Of a stretch of DNA of 64,000 bases, positions 29,201-41,660 are shown piece by piece. The position numbers were made by a program, and so were the translations under genes. The notes below the pieces were generated by a model. It saw only the letters and a list, made by a program, of their open reading frames with translations, did no database searches and had not been told where the DNA came from. Numbering within the stretch: the first letter of the stretch is position 1; each line of letters starts with the position of its first letter. Location: contig OZ176050.1 in the NCBI GenBank assembly GCA_964247055.1, positions 9,424,001 to 9,488,000 on the forward strand, read 5' to 3'. The DNA comes from Paragordius varius (Eukaryota > Animalia > Nematomorpha).

Positions 29201-32200
29201 ACCGTTAATTTATTGTTCCACAAAGAAAAGCGATAATATTCATAGTTAACTCATTATAATTAAACATTATACATGCATATTGACAGATTATGACAGCCAA
29301 TTACTGAATTATGAGAGGTAAAAACTGCAATATTAAATAATATATGACTACATAAAACATTGATGCAAACCAATAAATCGCATTAATGTTTTATGCGCCA
29401 AATGATTTAAACTATTATTTTATCAAAAATAATAAATTTAATTAACTATTAATGCATAATAATATAATTTATATAAAACATATTTAATAGTTTTTATTAA
29501 CAGGACTTGAAATAGTCAACCTAAAATCCAAAATTAAAGACTTCCATAAGCCAAATAGCAAAATGAATGCATTTTGTTATAAAGGATACGGTGATTTATT
29601 TAGATCTTTGATAAATTGTCGTTATAAATGTCAATTTTAAATTTATTTATCGGATTCTAGTTCCGAATTCGAAAAAGGGCTAGAACAAAACAAATTAGGT
29701 TCAACCGAATTGGATTCCATTTTTTTTCGTATGGTTAAATTATGGGTCATCTTTTTAAAATTAACGATATTATTGGTTCATCAACATTAATAAATTGCCT
29801 GAAAACAAATTAATTGTAAAAATTACTCTTGATGTTAATTATCCCTAAAAATGATGTAAATTCAATATAAAAAAATTAGTACAAACTTAATAAACTGACC
29901 AATTGTTTTTTGATATAAGTTTTGAAATATGTTTATAGTGCCAATTTTGGGTCCACAAAAAAGTCCGGTTCCAATCCCTGGTAGACCCTTATTTAAAATT
30001 TATATCTACACTTTGATACTTCCTTTTTTTAATTAAGTTAAAGGTTTAGGTTGCAATCTAAACTTTTCACTATTTGCAAGTTTTAACGTAGGGAAACTTA
30101 TTGATTTCTTTGTCAGCCATAAAGCTCTTTTATATGCTAGGAATAAATTTCAACAAACAAACAAATTATTTTTGTAAAAAATTAAAAACGCTTAATTTAT
30201 GTAAACTTTTGATTATTATTGTTGTTAACAATTCGTTTTAGGTGAAGTCATGCGATAGTAAACTTAACTATAAGCCACAAACCTACTATCCTGTCATGCA
30301 AATGTATATAATTTAATCAACAAATTTGAACAATTTTACATGATATAATTCTTTTTGTCGCGACGTAAAAAAATTGATTTTGTTAAAATTACACAAAGCA
30401 GTATTTTATTATGATGTGGGTTTGCTTAAAAACGGATTTTAAATTTTCACTTTTCAAATTTTTAATGCTTTTTTGCTAATACGATCTAAAATAATACATT
30501 TCGGTTACCTATTGGCATTTTAAAAATTTTAGAAAAAATTTTGAAAATTGGTTTACCCAAAGAGACCCAAAATCCTGGACAATGCCTTCTTAGATTAATG
30601 GTTTAATATAAAAAAATCAAAGAATTTTTTACCTCTAATAAAATATATCATAATCGTTAGTATCAAGATACCACAAAATATGTAGCAAATATTAATAGGT
30701 TTAGTAAAATTAAATTTTACTGATTATATAATATGGTAGTTTCTTAAAGTTTTATATAAATAATTATATCATTACAATCATATTCTAACTAATTAAAACT
30801 CATTAATATTATTATTACAGTTGGTTAAAGTTTTAAAAAACAGCATTTTCAGGAAAAAATGACAATGTATAATAAAAAAACTATTAGGCTACCATCACAA
30901 CAAATTTATATTTTTGATTGAGGCAAAGGTTTTTAACCTAAATATATATGACAACAAGAGTTCAAAAAATTTGTCCCAACAAAAAAGTTATACATGTATC
31001 TGTAAATAAATAAGGGTTCAACTTCCACAATGTTTTATGGTACATGCCAAAAATATGATTTATTAGGAATTTATTATTTTTTATATTCACACTATACTTA
31101 TGCAAAAAACACTAAATAATTTTTTATGACACACAAAAAAGTGTGTTTGGTGTGAAATATAATTATACTATTATTAATAAACCATCAACGCTATGAATTA
31201 TTATGGCAAAGATTGATAACCTTAGCATTTAAAGTTCATTATTAAAAAATAAGTATTTCAGAGAATTATTTCCAAATTTAACATTAATGCATATATAAAT
31301 TTTTTCACGAAATATAATATATAGTATTAACATTTAATAAGTTTTTCTCCTTTTTCGTAATATATATTGGTGTTTTTTTGTCCTAAATTTTAAACGGTAT
31401 AAAATTAAGAATGAAAGTTGTTATAAACATTATACTTATCAGGTATAATCATGAGTCATTACCGGTTTAAGAATAGACATCAGTAAAAAGTGGGCAGACA
31501 ATTAATTAAAGACCCCATTTTGCTCATCTGTTTAACATAAAACGACATACATACACAAGTTGAGTCCGCCAAAAGTTAGCGTCTGGTTTTATCATTTATT
31601 AATCATGAATTTTGTGAAAAAGAGCGTTCGAACAAGCATTACTTTTCTTATTTCATCAAAAGAAAAAGTCTGTTGAAAGCCATCGTTTGCTGGTAATTTT
31701 GTGAAGACATTCCATTGAGTAAAACATGTGAAAGCATTGAAATTTTAAAAGTTGTGATTATATGAAAAAGAGTGGGCGCTCTGGTAGAGTACATAACTGC
31801 AAAGACGATAAAGTGAAAGAGTAAATGATAATTCAATTTAAAATCAACGACAATCGGGAGAAGCATTATATATGTCACAAAACACAATCACGTCTACTGA
31901 CAATGAAAAAAACCGAAAAATTTGGTAAACAGGTCCCAAACAATTTGAATGAACAAATCGAAAATCATCAAATGATTTGGAAAATCCTGCTTAAATGTCA
32001 CGCATGGATCGAATTGTGACAAGCCGCATTCGCTGTACTTTCCTGACATAACGCTACTTGAGTCTAACCTCTTTGAATCAATGGGGCATACCCGCATAGA
32101 ACAGCACTTTAATAAATTGAAAACGTTTGAAAGATCGAATGGCTCGCAAAAACAATCAGTTTTGCCATAGCATACATTTACCTGAAAATGGGCGAAATGT

Positions 32201-33046
32201 GTAGAAGCCGATGGACAATATTTTAAATAGAAAAAAGTATCAAATACTTTCAAAATTACGTGTGTTTTCCAAAAAACGGTTAAAACTTAAGATATACCTG
32301 ATATGTATTAGATAAAATAGCCTTTATTTATTACAGTTTTCTAGAGTTAAATTTAACAAAGCCCCAAATTTAAATAAAAAACAGATTAAAATGTTAATTA
32401 AATTTTCACTAAAAATTACCAGTATTTTGGTGATTAAAGAAAATTATTATAAGATTCTGTGGATAGAAATCTAAGAAAATTTTCACAAATTACTCAAAAA
32501 TATTTTAATATATAAAGTGCATGAAAGGCTCATATGTTTAAAATTGGTAGGTATTTAAGTCATTTGATTCAGAAGTCAACTATTTTTAAATGTAAGTTAA
32601 ACATTCAAATTATTTTTAAATCGCTGTTTAAGTGTTATTGTTTTAAACCATAATAAAAATATTTTAATAAAACTGGAATAACTAAATTAAACATCATATT
32701 AAATTGAAGCAATTAAATTTCAAAATATAGTTTAGTAAATTAAATATATTTTGATATTTTAAGTTGAAAAAATTTTTAATATAAAACTTACACTCATTGG
32801 TTTTGGCTTAACCATCATCGGGCCCAAATGCCAAAGATCATTTTTCTAAAATTGAAAATTATTTACTTCAATTTGGTTAATAATAATTTTTTGATTACAA
32901 TTGAGTTTATTTTCTTTCACATAAGTGGACAAATTCAAATCTGGTTCTTTTGTGGTCATTTTGTTATTAACAACGATTCTTTCTGCGATATTGTTTGATA
33001 CATCATGTAAAGAATTTTTAACTGGTTTACTTGGCATACAACCCAT
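13955..33046 (-). CDS. PDE8: High-affinity cAMP phosphodiesterase PDE8 (REC-PAS-PDEase); 26 exons: 33046-32867, 32845-32792, 27936-27480, 26890-26818, 26473-26414, 26343-26280, 25543-25376, 25117-24983, 24752-24664, 24552-24458, 23356-23286, 22326-22179, 22097-21960, 21637-21519, 20890-20842, 20759-20636, 20497-20299, 20003-19873, 19400-19314, 19159-19014, 18522-18343, 16786-16547, 16039-15551, 15091-14937, 14586-14457, 14169-13955; ~1331 aa
   Basis: MGCMPS N-terminus (PDE8 MGCAPS type); REC-like [15 protein letters not shown]; PAS YVNKAFE; [19 protein letters not shown]; catalytic motifs [70 protein letters not shown]. All 25 junctions are phase-compatible and the exons sum to 3996 nt. Confidence 0.93.
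17525..17796. mobile_element. MITE with CCATTTACA termini and subterminal aaattcaccct repeats (copy 1, PDE8 intron)
   Basis: Left ccatttacaattcaaatt..caccctaaaaataaatt is the inverted repeat of right aatttattttagggtgaa..gaactgtaaatg; flanked by TA/(TA)n. Confidence 0.7.
17796..17826. repeat. (TA)n microsatellite
   Basis: Direct reading; a second tract lies at 17968-17990. Confidence 0.95.
17991..18252. mobile_element. MITE with CCATTTACA termini (copy 2)
   Basis: ccatttacag..ttcacccttgaacaattcaaattcaccctaaaataaa at left, tttagggtgaatttgaattgttcaagggtgattttgaattgtaaatgg at right; follows a (TA)n tract. Confidence 0.75.
20952..21491. mobile_element. hAT-like MITE (CAGGG...CCCTG) filling most of a PDE8 intron
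   Basis: caggggtgcccaacttgagggcc at left; cggcccacg..aacaaccctg at right. No clean 8-bp TSD seen. Confidence 0.55.
26187..26238. repeat. (TA)n microsatellite (one interruption)
   Basis: Direct reading. Confidence 0.95.
31439..32301 (+). mobile_element. Internally deleted, decayed mariner (Tc1/mariner) transposon in PDE8 intron 2
   Basis: Imperfect ~30-bp TIRs (tcaggtataatc.. / ..gatatacctga) flanked by TA on both sides. Transposase C-terminal relic [35 protein letters not shown], with stops and frameshifts. Confidence 0.85.
32846..32866 (-). other. 21-nt spliceosomal micro-intron (PDE8 intron 1)
   Basis: gtaaataattttcaattttag. Its acceptor TAG is the in-frame stop of ORF 32846-33046. Removal joins NQIE to [11 protein letters not shown] (PDE8 IGPM motif). 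Confidence 0.85.
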
Positions 33047-35229
33047 AAGTTTGAATTTAAGTCATAATAATTAAAATATTAAGATATTCCTTGAACTGAT
33101 ACAAAAATGAATGTGGTGAAAACAGCTTTAAAAATTATATAAAAATAAATCACAAATTATAATATTAAAGTTATGTTTGTTTAGAATTGTAGATATACGT
33201 TTTTAATTGATTTTACTTTGTTTTTAATTGTTTAAAATAAATAAGCTATTATTATTTTAATTCTTAAAAATGCGCATGTTGAAAGTTGACATATCAAACA
33301 TTAAAACAATTAAAAACAAATTATAATCATTTAAAAACGAATTTCTGTCAATTCTACATATACATGACTGTATATTGATACAATATTTATATTTTAATAT
33401 GATGTATTGTAAATCTCTCGTGATTTTGGTTTGCCTCGTAATTTGATTTTGTTGAAGCGGCCTAATTAAATGTTTCCTAATAAATGCTATAAACAATGCA
33501 CAAAATCGGTACCCGTGGCTAAAAAACGAGTGCGTAGTTTTGATTCATGGTATTTTTGGTTTAAGTTTTTAGTGGCTAGATTTTTCATATCAAATTATTA
33601 TATTACGATATTTATGAATTAGATTCGATAAACTGTATTTATACATAAGTTAGGCAAGAAAATTTTATCTGTGCACAGAGCAAGACATCGGGATAAATGT
33701 CCTGATTATGCATAAAAGAAATTCATCAGAATTCTCATAGTGCCGATGTCTCAAGAGTGATATCAGATAATTACTATTTACAATAGGTGTTTATCGAATT
33801 AACGAAAATTAGCGCACATTTTATGAATAATTTATTTTGATAAAATTAAAATATTTGTTTCCAAAATATAATATAACTATTATATAGCAAAATTCATATT
33901 TTACACTTCATTACTTCTTCATTTTTCGCGATGATTTGTTATCCTAGATGTAAATATGCTGTTTTGGAGCTGTTTTGCTTGAAATATAATTAAACATTGT
34001 TTTTCTGCATACAAAAACCTCATGTTTTTTGCAGTTTTTAACTTCTAGAGCAGAGTGTTCAACACACATAGCTTCACGGCCGCATTATAAAAACGACGGG
34101 TCGATAAAATATATGAATATTAATATTTTGTAAACATACGATTATAAAAATTAAATTTTTTTTAGTTTTTTGCCATTTGGAAAGACTTATTCAGAAAATT
34201 TGTTTAAGATAATTAATTTCGCTTAACTTTTATAAAATTTTGTATGTGAATTCACCGGTTGTATAAATATTTTTTAACCGCATGTGGATCATCCCTGTTC
34301 CAGAGCCTAACATTGCGACATTTTCGAAACACGATTGATCTGAGCAGCTGATGTTAAAATCAATTAAGTAATAGCTGGTAAACAGCCTGATTCTTTTTAA
34401 AGTTAAACAATAATTTTCTAACCATATACATTTGTTTGCCTGTTGCATTAGCAATTTAAAAAATTGTTAAAAGGTTCGAAATGCGGATAAAATATGTGAC
34501 TATAAAGGTGAAGAAAGATTTTTAAATTTGGCCTAATACTTTGAATTCTATTTTATTTAAAATTTAAAATCGCTTTGGGATATAAAACTACCATAAAAGG
34601 TAATGAAGTGTTATTATAAATGGAATGCTTAAGTCTTAAATTTTTTGTTTTTAGAAATAAAAACAAATGCATTGCGCAATAAAAGTTTATATATGCTATT
34701 ACATCCAAATAATATTTTTAGATAACCTTTAAGATTTATACTTTCAACTTTTGTTTTAAACATTTTTTATGGTATTTTAAGAAAACTAAACATGATCGGC
34801 TAAAATTAAAGATTAGTTTGTCTTAAATTTAAGTTAATAAATTGTGCTTCTAAAAATAATAACTTCAATTTTTATATAACAAAACTTATAATCAAAATTG
34901 TGATGTGATAATGTGCTATGATATTTTAGTTTATACCTTTCAGTATGATATTGCCATAAAAAGCTTCAACAAAACTTTGCCAAAATTAGATTTAGAACAA
35001 AATATGATTATAATATAATATTCTAATGTTTAATGCAAATTATGTTTAAAGTATTATGCAACATCAGCTTTTTGCGATTATAATATTTTCACTTTTTTAT
35101 GAACGAATACTTATCAGAGTTTGTGTTTCGTTGCAATGCTTTTCATATTAAGTATTAATCCATATCTATATCCGGAAAACCGGTAGACCCATTCAAATCT
35201 AAATGTCGAAAAAATATAATCATTAATGA

Positions 35230-35800
35230 ATGCCCCGACAGTAGTTTCGCCCTTTTTTGAATTAGGCCCCCAGTTCAGGCCCGCCAGGTGTAAAAAACGT
35301 TTTTTTGAAAATAGTGTCTTTGAGACAATTTACCGGTAAACGTGTTGGACCATATGTTTCAAATATGATATTTTTCATTTTTTTTGATTGCGCCGAACAT
35401 AGTCGGCTCGCTTTTTTTATTTGGGCCCTCTTTTTACCCGCTTCCCCCGTAAAATGCCATTTTTTTCAAAAAAGCGAAGTCCACAAAAATAATTTTTTGA
35501 ATATATTTTTTGCCCAGGGTATGCGACCGTAAAAAATTAATGAGGATTCTAGGTACCTGTTAAAAAGCAAAAATTATAGTAGTTCGTTTTTTATATTGGC
35601 TGCTGGGTAAAAAGATACCCGCTAAAAACTGCCTCATCATATCGAAATAGAGTGCCTATGGGGCTATATTTCAGAAAACCTATCAGGTCATATGAGTTCA
35701 ATAGGTTCTTAAAATATTATCCGTACAAAGCAAAAATTTAGGTCGTGCGGTTTTTTAAAATTAGCCGTTGTTAAAAGGGTTATTATCATAGGCAAATTAT
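35230..35800. repeat. Degenerate ~150-bp tandem repeat, left block
   Basis: Anchor gcaaaaatt at 35567 and 35730; aaaa(c/t)gcc..catatcg at ~35623; same unit and orientation as the right block. Confidence 0.6.
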
Positions 35801-35993
35801 CCTTCTCTTTTTTGGATCAACTACTCAATTATATCCAGTTTTACCAATCTATCTCATCCTCCACTTTGCTTTGTAACGATAGTGGCACCCTTCTACTTGG
35901 AAAAATTCTACCACTATTATTATTACTTAAAAACACTTTTATCGGTTCGCCTTTCCAGCAACCAAGGCCCTCAGAAAAAACTTGTTAAATTTG

Positions 35994-35995
<2 letters not shown>

Positions 35996-36039
<44 letters not shown>
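35996..36039. repeat. (TA)n microsatellite
   Basis: Direct reading; close to the end of the inverted Gypsy protease segment. Confidence 0.95.
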
Positions 36040-36041
<2 letters not shown>

Positions 36042-36069
36042 TATGAATATAAGTTATTTATTATTACAT

Positions 36070-36400
36070 GACTGGGTAATTTCAAATTAAATTGTTTTAT
36101 CCAGTCCATTCCAAATATTGATGGTAAATTGTTGTTTATAATAAAGCACTCTAGAATGTGCGTTCTTTTATCTAATTCAACCTGTAATTTTCATATACCT
36201 AATGTTTTTATACGATTATTATTGTATGCATGTATGAAAATATTATTGTTATGAAAATCTAGTGCTGGTTTGCCTAGACGGCACCAGTTTTTATAATTTA
36301 TGATTGAAGTATCGGCACCCGTATCAAAAATCATTTCAATAGGAAAATTATTTATTTTAGGAACGATTTGGGGTTTTTTTATCGTTTGGTCCAGCCTTAC
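36070..36400 (-). mobile_element. Ty3/Gypsy aspartic protease segment, inverted relative to the adjacent RT
   Basis: INNFPIEMIFDTGADTSII (D-T-G active site) followed by IFGMDWIKQFNL (LGRDWL motif) on the minus strand. Confidence 0.8.
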
Positions 36401-37850
36401 TGTAAATATTTTAAAACCGAATAAAGAGCTTAGAATATGCGCGGATTTTAAAATAAGTATAAATCCATACATAAAACCGCCGCAATACATAATCCCAACC
36501 TTTGACGACCTCATCTCAAAAATTTCCTTCGGCAAATCTTTCTCGACACTAGATTTGATAGACGCCTATTTTTAAATTCCAGTAGACCCAGATAGTCAGC
36601 AGTTACTAACAATTTCTACGATTGCCTTTTAGGTTGAATTGCGATCCAAGTTTCTTTTAACAAATAATGGACGAGTTATTAAAAGATTGCACAGGTACCG
36701 CCGTTTATTTAGATGAGGTTATAGTGACAGGCGAAACCGAGACAAAGCACAAGGACAACCTAATAAAGGTTTTTAACAAATTGGAGACAATGGGATTAAA
36801 ATTGCGCAAAGATAAAACTTTTTCAAGCATCTGTGGAATATCTTGGTCATATTATTTCTGAAATTTTCATTAAACCCTCCCCAAATAAAATTAAAGCCAT
36901 ACAAGAGTGCCCGACCCCGAAACAAAACCACTCTTAGATCATTTTTGGGTTTATTTAATTTTCATGCAAATTCATCCCTTCCCTAAGCATTTTAATGGGG
37001 GAACTACATAAATTAGCAGATAACAAACAAAAATGGTGTTGGACGCTAACGCATGATTCGATATTAAAAAAGCTAAAGACTTGATCTGCCAGAGTAGTTC
37101 CTTGCATCCGCATAATCCCGAACAAAATTAAGCCAGAGATTTTAAGATTCCTACATAGTGGCTATCCGGGAATACAAGCCATGAATTAAGCCGTGAAAAG
37201 GTTTATTGGCCCGGGTTGAGCCAAGATATCGAAAAATGGGTGCGTAGTTGCCAAAACTGCCAAAGGCTGCGCTCAAATGTACCCGAAAATCCCACCTATC
37301 AATGGAACGGGAATACAACCATATGGGAACGGCTCCACCTATATATCGCCGGACCCATTGACAATTTATACTGGGTGGTACTAATTGATCATTGCACCCG
37401 CTGGGTGGAGGTAGACACGTTACGCTCTGTGAATACAGGTAATATTCTAAAGTTTTTAGAAACCTGTTTTTGCCGGTATGGGTTTTCAAAAGTGGTGGTT
37501 ACTGATAACGGCTCTTATTTTAAATCGGGGGAGTTTGAGAGAACTTTAGCTTCCTCTAATATAAAACACGTAACATCCGCTCCCTACCACCCCCGAACAA
37601 ATGGGTTGGTAGAGAGAGTAATTTACACTCTAAAAAATCATTATTCAATGTCAACCCCACTTGCCGCAGACCCGTGCGAAGATTAAACCAAATCTTATGG
37701 GCTTACCGAAACACGCATCACAGTTCCACGAAGGAGACTCCCGCGCATTTGTTTTTAAAACTATGCAAAGCCCATTTACATGGATGAAAACGAAACCCAA
37801 CGAATTCATGGATACTCCCGACATTCCGCAGGAGTTTGAAAAGGGACAAA
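36400..37850 (+). mobile_element. Decayed Ty3/Gypsy pol (RT, truncated RNase H region, integrase)
   Basis: KPNKELRICADFK..NPY..YIIPTFDDL..FSTLDL.DAY; AVYLDE (YxDD mutated); HSGYPG..VYWPGL..CQNC (HHCC zinc finger); integrase HLYIAGP..TDNG..YHPRTNGLVER. Multiple stops and frameshifts. Confidence 0.9.
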
Positions 37851-37859
37851 AGTGTATTA

Positions 37860-38880
37860 TGCACTAAAAAAAGAGAAGGATAATTTGCGTATGATAATAA
37901 CCCTTTTAAAAGCCGTTAATTACACCCTTCACGCCCTGAAAAATGCGCCACCTAAGAATGATTTTTTAGTTATGAGGCAATTTTTCCAAAAACTAATGAG
38001 AGCATATGGAATCAATCATGATTTCAAGTATTCTCGGTAAAAAGGCAAAAATTATAATCAAGCGCTTTTTTGTATCAGCCTCTGGGTAGGGAGCTACTCG
38101 CTTAAAACCACGCCACCATATCGAGACAGTGTGACTTTGGAGGCAAATTTTAGAATATCAGGGCATACGACCCGTAAAAAGGCAAAAATTGAAGTAGAGC
38201 GGTTTTATTAAATTGTCCCTTAATTAGGCTGTTGCCTTGAAAAATGCACCACCATAGAATGTCGGCAATTTTTCGATAATCCCACGATAGCATATGAAAT
38301 CAATCATGATTCCAGGTATTAACCGAAAGCAAAAATTTTAATCGAGCGTTTTTTTGTTTCGTCTCTGGTTAGGGGGCTACCCGTGTAAAAATGCGTCTTC
38401 ATATCGATACGGCATGCCTTTGGAGCCATTAAGAGACTAATAGGAACATAGTATCCATGATGATTCAAGATATTCCCCATAGAAGGGCAAACACCTGCCC
38501 TGGGTAGGGAGCTACCGCCAAAAAATGCACCTCTATATAGAAATTGCATTGTTTTGGAGCTAATTTACAGAAAATTTATGAAGTCATATTAGCTCATTAA
38601 AAGCTTGAAAAATTACCCGTAACTAGATAAAAATTAAGGTCGGGCTTTTTTATTTAGCCGTTAATTTGGGGCCTTTATGCACTAAAGATACGCCATCATA
38701 TAAAGATATTTAGTGTTGATGTATTTTTTCTAAAAACCCATGAGACGATGGTAAAGATTCCAAATATTTATAAAGGCAAAGATTTTAACTCAGCGCTTTT
38801 TCCATATAGGTCTATTAGGGTTTTACCGATTTAAAACTGAGACGCCATACAAAAATGGCGTAATTTCGGAGACGAGTTCC
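37860..38880. repeat. Degenerate ~150-bp tandem repeat, right block (~7 units)
   Basis: Anchor g(c)aaaaatt-like at ~38045, 38182, 38329, 38487, 38627, 38776. Anchor aaaaatgc.cc.ccatat-like at ~37940, 38103, 38242, 38388, 38521, 38683, 38835. Recurrent aatcaatcatgatt and gggtagggagctac. Confidence 0.75.
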
Positions 38881-39699
38881 GTTAAACACATTTCTGGGGA
38901 ATTTGTATAATATCATTATTCCTAAAAGGACCACAAATGATTTACTTTTTATATCCCTTGATCCCAGCTGTGGGAACACAGTTTCAAAATAAAGCTTCTA
39001 ATCATGATTTCGTAAAACAAACATCTGAAAATAAATCCAATGATAGTTGAATATTAACTTAAATAAGAGAAGTTTAAATATGGTCAATTTCGAGTAAACA
39101 ATATTTGAGCCTATGCATAAACCCGTAAAAGAATAATTTAAGACATTTTTTATTAAATATGTTTTTTTATTATTTTTTTATCTTTCCTCTAATTATTGGA
39201 AATTATTAAGAATAATTATCGATGAGACTACGTCGCGAAGCGTGACAGGGCCAGCTAGCATTTCTATAAAAGTTGTTTTTTATAATTATAACATTTTGTT
39301 CATATATATGAGATAAAAGCGTTTGTTACTGCTTGAACTTATAGATTCTTTTTAGATGGCACCGAAATTTAATTGGATTAAACTTTTATACTTAAAAATA
39401 TGGTGTCAGACATTAATAACTTTCAAAGTTAAAATACATTTTTATTTACCTATTTTTTAGCTGTTTAGCAAAATATTCAAAAAAATATTTAGCAGCTCAA
39501 AAGGTTTCTTATTAGGCTTCTTAAAATATAACATCTTATAATTTTTTGTATAATGTGCCTTAAAGGATAAGTATCCATTAATTTAAGCTGTATTTGAATT
39601 TCTAAATTTTCCAAAGGTAATTAATCAAGTGTACAGTGAATTAGCGGATTTCGAAAATGAGTAATTTCTAAATATTTTATTAATATAATGATGCTTTTT

Positions 39700-40090
39700 A
39701 ACACTTGGATACAACACATTCATTTCAGTCCTTCGATTCAAATTGGGGTCTTTGCCAGCCTGTTAAAAACGAATATTTTTGAAAATATGGAGCAAATTGA
39801 AACCATTGCAAAAGTTTGCTTTTATATTAACCGAAATTTAAAAGATTTACTTTTTATTAATAAATTTCAAGTTCAGCATGACATGTGTGCGTTGAAATAT
39901 AAAGCAAAACGAACCATTTTTTTCTGTTTAAATCAATGTTAAATTAAAAAAAATTAGCTTTAATAGCGTTAGAATCAAATAAAAACAGTAAAATAAAAAT
40001 GGCGGCGAAGTAGTTTGATTAAAATTTTTACAAAATTAAATTTTATTTAGATATTTTGGCTTATTTATTTAATAGGATAAAAGCATAAAA
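39700..40090. repeat. Dispersed non-autonomous repeat, copy A
   Basis: Shares gatacaacaca..agtccttcgattcaaattggggt, gcctgttaa, aaaatatgga and aaaaatggcg..gtagtttga in the same order with 51238-51700; partial copies at ~7510 and (inverted) ~52315. Confidence 0.7.
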
Positions 40091-41660
40091 TTAAATTGAA
40101 ACAGTTTCTTTCAGTAGTTTTTAAAAATATCAATTGAATTAAGTCTAGAGTCACTAGATATTTCAATTCTCGAAATGTTAAATATATTTTACAAAATTTA
40201 TTATCAAAACAATTTGGCTTAAAAATTTTTAGCTACAATCTTAATCTGATTTTTTATTGATATATAACAATTGACATACAAGTGTTTAAATTGAGTCCCA
40301 ACAAAAGCATCATGAGATTCCTGATACTTTTTTCTGCCAGAATATTTTACAAATAGAATTATTTTGTTAATTGGGAAGTATAACAAAGCGGATATTGAAT
40401 TATTTTTTATAAGCTCAAGGGGGCTTCACATTTTAAAAACTTAAAATAGATTAATTACCTTAAAAAAACGGAAAAAGACACCTCATTCACCTCAAAATTT
40501 GGATTTATAAAAAGTGCCAGCAAATAAAACTAACTCTTTATATTGTTTTTTGGTGTCAAGTATGCAGCAAAAAAATAAAATTTAATGCGTTTTGTCAAAA
40601 ATTAACATTTAAAAGTAATAATTAGGCATATATTATTTCGCGTTATCGTAGCTTATTTGCGTTTATATACTGGCTTATATAATAACGGGTCTTAAAAATG
40701 TGAGACATTTAGCGCTTATGTAAAAAGCAAATATTGTTTTGTTGTTGGAATATATTTAAAATATAATTTCCTCATAAATATTAGCCTAAATCGAAAGACT
40801 TTTATTTTGCTAAATGGGCGAAATTTTGTAATTTTTCGATTTTCACTAAATAAGATAATAGTTATATAGCATTTTAAATGACTAGAAGCTTCAAACATCT
40901 CCAATATAAATATGAGAAATAGTTTATTAAGATTTTTTTGCGTATTATCTTAATATTTGATCAAATATATCCATTTTCCCCAAAATCGAAGTGCAATTTG
41001 TTTTACTGTGCGGGAGATTTTTTAGAAATTTGGATGGATCAATTAGAAAAGCTTATCTCACCAATTAAATTTTTACAATTTTTTAGTTTAAGGCTTATGC
41101 AGTTATTAAAAGCTAAGGTCTATGTTAAATTTAGTCTATATCCAAAAAACAAAGTTTTCATGTCAACGATTATAAACTTTAATTTTATGCGGAAGTTTTT
41201 TTAAAATATTCAAAGTTATTAGCTATATGATAAAAAAATTTAAACATCTTATTCTTTTTATATGCAAAACCTTTAAATATTTTCTACAAAAGGTTATCTG
41301 ATTTCAAACAGCCAATCCATTGGTTATTTGATAATTATTTCACAATTTATCTTTTCAATCTTTAAAAATTTATAATGGAGAAAATTCGTATGTCTAATGT
41401 GATATATTTGGTTTTAACGGGTTCATTTAATTAATTATGGATATATGAAACTTTTTATCTACACTACACCAATATTTTAGCCGCAATCAATATTTTTATT
41501 ACCAAACCGTACAAATCTTGGTATTTTTACTTTAATTGCAAAAGCATTTTTTAGCTAAATTTAATAAAACAGTAGCTACATAAGGTTTAAAATCACAATC
41601 AATATATATTTATTAATTTATTAAACAGTATTTATTCTTTTATACATGAATAGTTAATTA

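Noticed and set aside
37836-37865. Purine tract followed by TGT as a possible PPT and 3' LTR start
   Set aside because: The tract reads as the integrase C-terminal FEKGQK (GPY/F-like) coding remnant, and no matching TG...CA LTR pair was found.
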